This document shows, in pieces, positions 1 to 6,806 of a stretch of 46,872 nt of DNA. The translations under genes were made by a program, and so were the position numbers. The notes beneath the pieces were generated by a model, which did no database searches, was not told where the DNA came from, and worked only from the letters and a program-made list of their open reading frames with translations. Origin of the DNA: a virus; the IMG/VR virus record IMGVR_UViG_3300045988_064400, positions 1 to 46,872 of that record. One strand, written 5' to 3'. The number at the start of each line of letters is the position of its first letter. The stretch's first letter is position 1.

Positions 1-44
1 TCTACCCTTTCTATGTATGTATTTCTTATTTACAATTATATTGT
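1..44. repeat. Terminal direct repeat identical to 46829..46872 (assembly overlap of a circular or circularly permuted genome)
   Basis: The first 44 bases (tctaccctttctatgtatgtatttcttatttacaattatattgt) recur exactly as the last 44 bases of the window. Confidence 0.95.
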
Positions 45-68
45 AATACATAAAAGTAATATTGTCAA
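40..68 (-). promoter_or_regulatory. Early promoter cassette copy 1 (TTGACA-N17-TACAAT); fires across the window junction into 46371..46829
   Basis: The reverse complement of 40-68 reads ttgaca-atattacttttatgtat-tacaat. The -10 lies inside the palindrome ttacaat-tat-attgtaa (30-46). The cassette recurs four more times. Confidence 0.7.
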
Positions 69-72
69 GTGA

Positions 73-96
73 TTTTTTGAAAAATTTTTCAAAAAA
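73..96. promoter_or_regulatory. Perfect 24-bp A/T palindrome just upstream of the -35 (UP-element-like or operator candidate)
   Basis: ttttttgaaaaa/tttttcaaaaaa is self-complementary. Near-copies sit at 34086-34109 and 39788-39810, also upstream of cassette promoters. It overlaps the primase stop codon. Confidence 0.45.
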
Positions 97-1105
97 TTAT
101 TTTACATTTTAGAAATTCTTCCTGCAAATCGTTTATATCTCGATTATCTGGATATACAAGTTCTTTTATTATTTTTCCATGCACATTCTTTCTAAATCTT
201 TCTGTTGCTTTTCTTCCAGCTTCGTCCGGGTCAAATGCAAGAATATATTCACGCACGGGCAACTTATTTAATATTTCATACTGCTTTTTATTTCCAGTGC
301 CTATCATAGCCATAGAGGGCTTATCATATTTCCAGCAAGTCAAGCAATTTAAGAATGATTCCGTGATATAAGCCGTTCTATACGTTCCAGCTCTAAATTT
401 ATCTGCGCAATAGATAGGCTTATCGAAGCCTTTGGGAAGTCGGAAGAACTTTTGTTTGACACTTCTTCCAGCAATGAATACACATCTTCCTTCAATGTCT
501 CTAACTGGGAATGTAATTTCTTTTCGTTCTCTATCATAACCTATATCAAACCTTTCTATAATTTCATCTGTTAATCCTCTTTCATACATATAAGGATGAA
601 TATATCTATATTTGTCTAATTCTTCTTCTGTGATTTCGTTAAACTTTTCCGAAGTTTTTTTGTCGATTTCTTCAGTTGTTTTACCTGTTTCTCCAACTTT
701 CTTGTATGATATTTTTGAATTATGAATTGTAAAATTTTGTCGTGCATTAAATCCCTCCATTATATTCGGTCTTGTTTCAATTTCTACTGTATTGAATCTT
801 TTTATAAGCCATCTTTTTCCAAATTTACCTTCATCTTGATATCCGTATAATTCGGATATCATTTCCTCAATCGTTCCAACCCATCCACATGAGAAACAAT
901 GGCATTTATCAATCTCACCATTTACACCAAATGACGGCTTTCGTTCTTGTCCGTTCTTGTGGAAAGGACAATTCGTCTGCACATTTTCTCCATTGTTCCT
1001 AAAAATATGAAATCTATTAACTCCATGCTGTGCCAAATCAAATTTAAGCATATCTAATATTGATTGAGTATCGGATTGTATGATTGCATCTTGTAGTTTT
1101 ATCAT
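89..1105 (-). CDS. dnaG: DNA primase (DnaG-like: CHC2 zinc finger plus TOPRIM)
   Basis: 338 aa. CHC2 finger 'CPFHKNGQERKPSFGV...CHCFSCG'; TOPRIM-like 'ILAFDPDEAGRKATERF'; RBS agaggtga upstream of the ATG. Confidence 0.85.
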   Translation of the reverse strand: MIKLQDAIIQSDTQSILDMLKFDLAQHGVNRFHIFRNNGENVQTNCPFHKNGQERKPSFGVNGEIDKCHCFSCGWVGTIEEMISELYGYQDEGKFGKRWLIKRFNTVEIETRPNIMEGFNARQNFTIHNSKISYKKVGETGKTTEEIDKKTSEKFNEITEEELDKYRYIHPYMYERGLTDEIIERFDIGYDRERKEITFPVRDIEGRCVFIAGRSVKQKFFRLPKGFDKPIYCADKFRAGTYRTAYITESFLNCLTCWKYDKPSMAMIGTGNKKQYEILNKLPVREYILAFDPDEAGRKATERFRKNVHGKIIKELVYPDNRDINDLQEEFLKCKIIF

Positions 1106-1111
1106 TCCGCA

Positions 1112-1291
1112 TCACCTCTTATATAAGTGGGACTTAAATTTAGAAAGTCTTTCTTTAAACTTATCAAAAACCCACTCTCTATCATAATCATTTTTGATTG
1201 CAAAATCACTCAATTCATCTAAAACATCAATACAAAAATGATCTAACTGATTTATTGCGTCTGTATATAATTCTTCATCATAATATAACAT
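1112..1291 (-). CDS. Hypothetical small protein
   Basis: ORF trimmed to the ATG at 1291. That ATG overlaps the helicase stop as TGATG, which suggests translational coupling. Confidence 0.55.
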   Translation of the reverse strand: MLYYDEELYTDAINQLDHFCIDVLDELSDFAIKNDYDREWVFDKFKERLSKFKSHLYKR

Positions 1292-2562
1292 CAATATTCC
1301 TCACTTTCTTTATCGTGATATCTGCGTCTTAAATCTTCACTTTTTTCCTCATCTTCTTTTCCTTTTGCAGGTTGTGGGATATAATCAAAAGTACCTTTAT
1401 CAGTGTCCCAAGCATAAACCCATTTTATTCCAACTTTTGAATTTCTTGCTTTCACATCTTGTATCTGCAAGCCTTCTTCTTTTTGTTGAATTGAAAGAAC
1501 GATTGAAGCATTATAAGCAATTCCATCTGAATCCCTGATATTGTCTAATTGCAAATCTTCATTGTGTACCCCCTCTCTGTTCGATTGCACAACAACCAAC
1601 ACTGGGATTTTTAAGTCAATACTCAACTGCATTAAATCTTCGGATATGTTCGTCAACTGTGTAGTCTTATTATCGCCTCTTTTTCCTCTTTCGTCTTGCA
1701 AATAAGAGATACCATCTATTGCAAGCATATCCAACTTATTTGACTCACACCAGCTTTTTAGCTTTGAAACAGTAACTTTCTTTTGAAAATCTCGTGGATG
1801 TGCAACATAGAACGGAGTACCATTATCAGCTAACTTGTTTATATACTTTTCATATCCTTGCACATCTTCTCCACGATATAATGCTTGTGAAGATATATGT
1901 TGATGTACTGTATCAAATCTATATCCTGTTTTACTTGCAGACATTTCCGGTTCTAAAAGTCCTACTTTTGCATGATATACTTTCCAGGCGTGTTCTAGCA
2001 TTTTAATAAGCACCCAAGATTTTCCTTGCCCTGTTCGAGCAAATAGAACCACAAGTTCCTCACCCTTATGCCAGCCACCTAAGTCATTATCAATCTCTTC
2101 AAATCCGCTTGCTATAAAGTGAGTATCTTGATTATCTTTCGTTTCTTTCCACTCCTCCAGTCTTTCTTTTGCTTGTGAAATGATATCTGTTCCTTTCACC
2201 GCACCATCAATCTTTAATTCCGGCAATTTTGCTTTTAAGTAATCAACTGCTGAATATGCATCCGTCTGTAACAGTTCCGCCATCTTTGTAAGAACTGGAA
2301 CCGACTGAGAATATAAATATTCTTCACGGAATGTATTCACAAGATATTCCGTGCTTTCGGACACATTGACTACATCAAAATCCTGGAACTTTGATATGAA
2401 TGTTTCCAAATCTGGAACATTTCCATATTCTTGCTTGTGTTCCATTATGTAGTCATATTCCTCTTGATATTGATTGAAATACTCTCTTGTGATGTCATTC
2501 AAGTCTAAAAGAGAAGTATTTTTGTCTTTTAGTACTCGGTTTATAATCTGTAATTCTACCAT
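1291..2562 (-). CDS. dnaB: Replicative DNA helicase (DnaB family)
   Basis: Walker A 'ARTGQGKSW' and RecA-like C-terminal domain ('LLAIDGISYL', 'VVVQSNRE'). The track start is a TTG; the ATG at 2562 follows ggggtgga. Confidence 0.85.
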   Translation of the reverse strand: MVELQIINRVLKDKNTSLLDLNDITREYFNQYQEEYDYIMEHKQEYGNVPDLETFISKFQDFDVVNVSESTEYLVNTFREEYLYSQSVPVLTKMAELLQTDAYSAVDYLKAKLPELKIDGAVKGTDIISQAKERLEEWKETKDNQDTHFIASGFEEIDNDLGGWHKGEELVVLFARTGQGKSWVLIKMLEHAWKVYHAKVGLLEPEMSASKTGYRFDTVHQHISSQALYRGEDVQGYEKYINKLADNGTPFYVAHPRDFQKKVTVSKLKSWCESNKLDMLAIDGISYLQDERGKRGDNKTTQLTNISEDLMQLSIDLKIPVLVVVQSNREGVHNEDLQLDNIRDSDGIAYNASIVLSIQQKEEGLQIQDVKARNSKVGIKWVYAWDTDKGTFDYIPQPAKGKEDEEKSEDLRRRYHDKESEEY

Positions 2563-2705
2563 CAATCCACCCCACAATCTCTTTCAAATATTTCAAAGGT
2601 TGGAGAGTGTATTATGTTGAATAATACAAGAATTTTTGTGAATACCTGGTCTTTATTCTTTTTTCTCCAAACATTCCAAGTCTTAAATCTATGAATAAAT
2701 CTCAT
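2562..2705 (-). CDS. Small basic hypothetical protein (47 aa), not in the ORF track
   Basis: My translation is MRFIHRFKTWNVWRKKNKDQVFTKILVLFNIIHSPTFEIFERDCGVD. It fills the loader-helicase gap exactly, with a TGATG overlap at both ends. Confidence 0.45.
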   Translation of the reverse strand: MRFIHRFKTWNVWRKKNKDQVFTKILVLFNIIHSPTFEIFERDCGVD

Positions 2706-3367
2706 CAGTATTTACCTCTCTTATCTTCCTCTAAAAATTCTACACACTCCGAACAATTATAAATTCGACTCGCAAGTCTTACGCCTAATACATCTTCAAG
2801 CTGTTCCTTATTCTTATTGCTTGTGTAGATATTGCTCTTTTTGGAGTTGATTCTATCATCAATATATTGGAATAATATCTGATGCTCATAGTCACTTGCT
2901 TTCATTTCTCCTATATCATCCCATATCACCAAATCTACATTGCTGATAAGATTACATAATTCTTCAAAGCCTTTTACATCCTGTGAAATTGAACGCTTGC
3001 AATTATACAGGAATTTTGGAACACTGACAAACAACGCTTTGCAATCAAAACAACTCTTATGCCATATCTTGTCAAAATAAGAATACATCAATCTAATAGC
3101 CCATGTTGTCTTGCCATTTCCACAGTTTTCGGAATAGATGTATAAGTTATTGCCTGCTTCAATAAAATTCAAAATTGCGTCTGATTTTGCTTGTAGTTTC
3201 TTATAAACTGACAAATCTTTTTCGTGACATATCAGCTCTTTATAACCCCACAATGCTTCGGGAAGATTAGATTGCTTGAATAATGAATACATCAGCTTAT
3301 AACGTATACAGTTTTCAGAACATTGTTCTGTGCAAATTCTTTTATACCAACAATTCTGTATATTCAT
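2705..3367 (-). CDS. DnaC/IstB-like AAA+ helicase loader
   Basis: Walker A 'CGNGKTTWA', Walker B 'LVIWDDIGE'. It sits directly upstream of the DnaB-like helicase. Confidence 0.75.
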   Translation of the reverse strand: MNIQNCWYKRICTEQCSENCIRYKLMYSLFKQSNLPEALWGYKELICHEKDLSVYKKLQAKSDAILNFIEAGNNLYIYSENCGNGKTTWAIRLMYSYFDKIWHKSCFDCKALFVSVPKFLYNCKRSISQDVKGFEELCNLISNVDLVIWDDIGEMKASDYEHQILFQYIDDRINSKKSNIYTSNKNKEQLEDVLGVRLASRIYNCSECVEFLEEDKRGKY

Positions 3368-3701
3368 TGTTTCCTTCCTTTCGCTTTAATGCATTTTGGC
3401 TTTCTACAAGTGAATTATAGGTATCTATACTATTCTTGATGTGTGCCTTTAACTTACTCATTGTATCATTCATATCCCAGCTTGTTCTTGCCATCCAGTA
3501 TCCTTGTTCTGGTGTAGCACATATTGGATATCCGTCATCTCTCAACTTTTGAATAATCAACCTTACGTCTCTGGAATTTAATCCAATACACTCTGCTAAC
3601 TGCTTTGAGTTCGTATGCGTTGGTTCGGTTGGAATGAAATTTAATAGTAACTCCTTAAAATAAGATTCGTCTTTAGCTTTATATGTTCCTGTATATGCCA
3701 T
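3342..3701 (-). CDS. Winged-helix/HTH DNA-binding protein
   Basis: 119 aa. 'SKQLAECIGLNSRDVRLIIQKLRDDGYPI' looks like an HTH. RBS aggagg upstream. Confidence 0.55.
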   Translation of the reverse strand: MAYTGTYKAKDESYFKELLLNFIPTEPTHTNSKQLAECIGLNSRDVRLIIQKLRDDGYPICATPEQGYWMARTSWDMNDTMSKLKAHIKNSIDTYNSLVESQNALKRKEGNNEYTELLV

Positions 3702-3715
3702 TGTTATTCCTCCTT

Positions 3716-4549
3716 CTAAAAATGATGTATTGATGGGTCGTTGTTTTTTACTTTTTCAAAAAACTCTTGTCTTTCTTTTTCTGCCTCTTCCATTTCTTCA
3801 TGTGTCCGCCAAGCCAATTCTTTTGAACATTTACCATTTCCATTATAGGAATTGTTTTTGTTTTGCAACCACTCCGGGTCTATATTCATGTACCCATTAT
3901 CGAGTGATAGCTGAATAGCATTTATCTGAGTTTTTGTATTTACTTTTGCCAGCTTCATTAAAATTGCATTTACTTTATCATCTGTAACCATTTTATGATT
4001 TTCTAAAAGATTTCTAAAAAATCTACTTAAAAGTTCTATAGATTCATCTTCTAAATCATACTCTAAACATTTCTTTTCTATAGATTCGATTTTAGTATCA
4101 ATTTTAGATTTCTTTTTAGAATTTTTCTTATCTATATTATCTTCTATATTTTTATTTCTATTGTTTATATCTATATTATTGTGTAAAGAATTTTGACATC
4201 CCCCTGTCAAATTTTTTGACATCCCCCTGTCAAATTTTTTGACATCCCCCTGTAAAGAATTTTGACATCCTGTCAAATTAACGCCATAAGAACAAAACTT
4301 CACGTTATTTTTAAATTCTTCGGTTTTTATTATTAAATCATTAGCAACTAACTTATTAAGCGTGGTCATTACTGTTTGTCTTGAGCATCCACACCATTCA
4401 GCTAAGTAATTAGCACTCCCAGTAAATTCACAACCATTAGTTTGAGAAAATCCATAAATAGTGGCATATATAATCAACGAATTTCCTTTTAGTCCTAATT
4501 CATTAACCATCCAACCTTGGATTGTTATATAATTTTCGTTTTTTACCAT
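3716..4549 (-). CDS. Replication initiator / replisome organizer (N-terminal wHTH), carrying internal iterons
   Basis: 277 aa. 'ANYLAEWCGCSRQTVMTTLNKLVANDLII' looks like a wHTH. Four 23-bp direct repeats lie inside the ORF. It is the first gene of the loader/helicase/primase operon. Confidence 0.65.
   Translation of the reverse strand: MVKNENYITIQGWMVNELGLKGNSLIIYATIYGFSQTNGCEFTGSANYLAEWCGCSRQTVMTTLNKLVANDLIIKTEEFKNNVKFCSYGVNLTGCQNSLQGDVKKFDRGMSKNLTGGCQNSLHNNIDINNRNKNIEDNIDKKNSKKKSKIDTKIESIEKKCLEYDLEDESIELLSRFFRNLLENHKMVTDDKVNAILMKLAKVNTKTQINAIQLSLDNGYMNIDPEWLQNKNNSYNGNGKCSKELAWRTHEEMEEAEKERQEFFEKVKNNDPSIHHF
4191..4277. repeat. Iterons: four tandem 23-bp repeats, each an inverted repeat TTGACA-N6-TGTCAA (candidate phage origin)
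   Basis: ttttgacatccccctgtcaaa starts at 4191 and 4214. A variant (…tgtaaag) starts at 4237. A copy lacking three Cs starts at 4260. Confidence 0.8.
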
Positions 4550-4707
4550 GCTATTCTCCTTCTAAAATAAAATAAGCTATACAAATTGAATGGCGGTTCA
4601 AAATGTATAACTTATTTTTGCGGTTGATATTAAGTTTTGCAGATATTAAGTCCGCCAACCTAATATCAACTAGATAAGATTACAAGTTCATTACAAACTG
4701 TAATAAT

Positions 4708-4736
4708 ATTATAACACAACCTAAATAGAATTACAA
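4708..4736 (-). promoter_or_regulatory. Promoter for the replication operon (TTGTAA-N17-TATAAT with TGn extended -10)
   Basis: The reverse complement of 4708-4736 reads ttgtaa-ttctatttaggttgtgt-tataat. It is about 150 nt upstream of the ATG at 4549. Confidence 0.5.
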
Positions 4737-4745
4737 CATATATTT

Positions 4746-5333
4746 TTAATTCATATTGTTTAATTCTTCAATCTGCGAATCTACTTCGGCATTTAGTTTA
4801 GCCCACAACTTTTCTCTAGCTTCCTGCACATCTTCAATTCTTGATACATCCCACTCTTCTTCTGCAATGAATTTGAAGTAGTTATCGCCTTTCTTGATTG
4901 TGGCTCCGGAAGTGTATCTTAATGATGTCACTTTGATTTCTCCATTATCTTTGGACACTTTTTCCTGTGTGTTTTTTTCATCTGCAATTTTTACAACTTT
5001 ATCTTTGTTACTTGTTCCTTTTGTTTTTTCTTTATTTTTGCCTTTTTCTTCATTAGGTGTGTTGTTGTTCGTCTTTTCAGTTTTCGTTGAATTTTGAGGT
5101 GAATTTTGTTTATTCTTCGTTACATTTTCAACATTTGTTTCCGTTGACTTATCTTCTGTTTTTTCTTCAATCGGTTCCGGCATGATTTCTTCACTCGCTA
5201 CATCATCCGTTCCAGCTTCATATCCGGCACATTGGTCACAAGGAATAGATTTTCCATCTACATCCATTGTGACTCCATCACAGCTCTTACAATATTCGTC
5301 TCCTTGATCTCCTGCCCATTTACATTTCTTCAT
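4746..5333 (-). CDS. Hypothetical protein (Cys-rich N-terminus, K/E/T/N low-complexity centre)
   Basis: 195 aa. 'CKWAGDQGDEYCKSCDG...CDQCAGY'. RBS taaggagg. Confidence 0.6.
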   Translation of the reverse strand: MKKCKWAGDQGDEYCKSCDGVTMDVDGKSIPCDQCAGYEAGTDDVASEEIMPEPIEEKTEDKSTETNVENVTKNKQNSPQNSTKTEKTNNNTPNEEKGKNKEKTKGTSNKDKVVKIADEKNTQEKVSKDNGEIKVTSLRYTSGATIKKGDNYFKFIAEEEWDVSRIEDVQEAREKLWAKLNAEVDSQIEELNNMN

Positions 5334-5335
5334 AA

Positions 5336-5617
5336 TTAGTCCTCCTTATACATTCTTTCCTTAAATCTGCGTGACATTTCTTGTCTTTGTTCCTCACTTA
5401 ATTCTCTTTCAATAATAGAAAGCTTTAGTGCTTTTATAGGAAGTTTGGCGCAAATTGTACCATCTTTATTAAATTTGATTTTAACTTTTTTAGGATATTT
5501 TTCGGCTAACTTTTTGATCTTAGTAATATATTTTTGTTGCGAAATCGAACAAACAATATTATGCTGACCAGATAGCCATTCAATGCAGTTTTCATTATTA
5601 AGTTCCATTTTAATCAT
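5336..5617 (-). CDS. Hypothetical protein
   Basis: 93-aa ORF, tightly packed in the operon, with aagga upstream of the internal ATG. Confidence 0.55.
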   Translation of the reverse strand: MIKMELNNENCIEWLSGQHNIVCSISQQKYITKIKKLAEKYPKKVKIKFNKDGTICAKLPIKALKLSIIERELSEEQRQEMSRRFKERMYKED

Positions 5618-6053
5618 CCTTGTTTTTACTGATTCGCAATGTATAGGTTTCTTTTACCATTTTAGCTTTTGCTAATTTGGTAATATCAAAGTCACCGTTA
5701 TACACAAGCTTTTCAAGTGCATCATCGTCAATATATTCCTTTTGCTTGATAACAGACGATAACAACGCACCGCCAAGATTTTCTTTGATAATTTCAATAG
5801 CTAAATCTTCGTTGAGACTTTCATTCTTCGTGCATGATAATGTTGCTGTGTAAAAGTCAGTAGAGTGCTTGTCAATTCCATTTTCCATAAAGTACGACTT
5901 GATAGCAGCACTCACATCCGCATTACTCTTTTTCAAAGCATTTTCTTTGTCTTTGGATGCTTTGTATCCATCAATAAGACTGTCAATATCTAACTTGATT
6001 CCTTCTCGTCTACTCACTTTTTTCCTCCTTTTTCCTATATTGCTTTCCAACAT
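5610..6053 (-). CDS. Hypothetical protein (possibly Gp157/Gam-like; not verified)
   Basis: 147-aa ORF. The start is uncertain because it overlaps the upstream gene by 44 nt. Confidence 0.5.
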   Translation of the reverse strand: MLESNIGKRRKKVSRREGIKLDIDSLIDGYKASKDKENALKKSNADVSAAIKSYFMENGIDKHSTDFYTATLSCTKNESLNEDLAIEIIKENLGGALLSSVIKQKEYIDDDALEKLVYNGDFDITKLAKAKMVKETYTLRISKNKDD

Positions 6054-6336
6054 TCAAAATTTTAGTGCCACGTTGTCCCCATTGATAGGTTGCGTTAAAT
6101 TCTGCCATAATACCTCTATACTTTGAACGCAAATCAATCTGGAATTGATGCAATTCTTGTATCTGCTCCATTGTAAAGAGCATTGTATTTTTTCCATCAA
6201 TTTTGGGTTCCGGCAATTTCAATTCTTTTGGCTTTTCGAAATCTTCACTATTGTACCATTTGTACCAACGCTTCACTGTTTGCGTCGATACATCTAATAT
6301 TTGAGCCGTTCGGCTCGTTGTAAATAATTCGCTCAC
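6010..6336 (-). CDS. HTH DNA-binding protein (MerR/excisionase-type HTH)
   Basis: 'TTSRTAQILDVSTQTVKRWYKW'. I trimmed the start to the GTG at 6336, which follows gaaaggaggtga and removes the overlap with 6366..6668. Confidence 0.6.
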   Translation of the reverse strand: MSELFTTSRTAQILDVSTQTVKRWYKWYNSEDFEKPKELKLPEPKIDGKNTMLFTMEQIQELHQFQIDLRSKYRGIMAEFNATYQWGQRGTKILNVGKQYRKKEEKSE

Positions 6337-6365
6337 TATATCACCTCCTTTCAATATGTATAAGA

Positions 6366-6668
6366 TTAAATGAACTGTGCCCAATGTTCCTTGAACATTT
6401 TAACACATTTATTGTAATCTTCTTCAAAGATTGTTTCGTATTTCGTTGTTCCGTTTTCTTGCTTTCCCGCCTCAAACTCTACAAGTACGCTCTTTGGTAC
6501 CCATTTGCATAAACGAAAGTTTGTGCCTAAATTCAGCATTGCGTATACTGCTTTTTCCGTTTCTTTCAATACTGCGAATACTTCGCACATTGAAATATCT
6601 TTACCTGCTTCCTGTGCTATCTTATTTGCAAACCAATCTTTTACTTCATATGCTTTACCTTGTGTCAT
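6366..6668 (-). CDS. Hypothetical protein (first gene after cassette promoter 2)
   Basis: 100-aa ORF, RBS taggaggt, 48 nt downstream of the -10. Confidence 0.6.
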   Translation of the reverse strand: MTQGKAYEVKDWFANKIAQEAGKDISMCEVFAVLKETEKAVYAMLNLGTNFRLCKWVPKSVLVEFEAGKQENGTTKYETIFEEDYNKCVKMFKEHWAQFI

Positions 6669-6715
6669 AACTTTGTACCTCCTAAAAATTTTATGTATTT
6701 CTTATTTACAAGTAT

Positions 6716-6744
6716 ATTGTAATACATAAAAAGAAAAATGTCAA
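6716..6744 (-). promoter_or_regulatory. Early promoter cassette copy 2 (TTGACA-N17-TACAAT)
   Basis: attgta at 6716-6721 and tgtcaa at 6739-6744 with a 17-nt spacer. The flanks 6693-6747 are nearly identical to copies at 17-70, 9111-9165 and 34030-34084. Confidence 0.7.
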
Positions 6745-6765
6745 GTGTTTTTATGTATTTTTATG

Positions 6766-6800
6766 TAAAAAAATTTCCCACACCTATTAAGATGTGGGAA
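6766..6800 (-). terminator. Rho-independent terminator after the SNF2 helicase gene
   Basis: Stem ttcccaca (6775-6782) pairs with tgtgggaa (6793-6800). On the minus strand it is followed by A then TTTTTTT. Confidence 0.7.
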
Positions 6801-6806
6801 TGTGCA

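Noticed and set aside
349-537. Nested minus-strand ORFs in alternative frames (349-537, 8204-8461, 10461-10694, 14744-14956).
   Set aside because: They are wholly contained within the primase, SNF2 helicase, Cys-rich protein and Tal-like genes. They have no RBS and no independent support.
4191-4277. Direct repeats considered as a CRISPR array.
   Set aside because: The 23-bp units are contiguous with no spacers, and they lie inside a coding sequence. They are iterons, not a CRISPR array.
4600-4672. tRNA-like element ('ggttcaaaa' resembling a T-loop) in the 196-nt intergenic region.
   Set aside because: I could draw no acceptor stem, anticodon arm or CCA-compatible cloverleaf on either strand. 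The repeats fit better as operator or leader structure.
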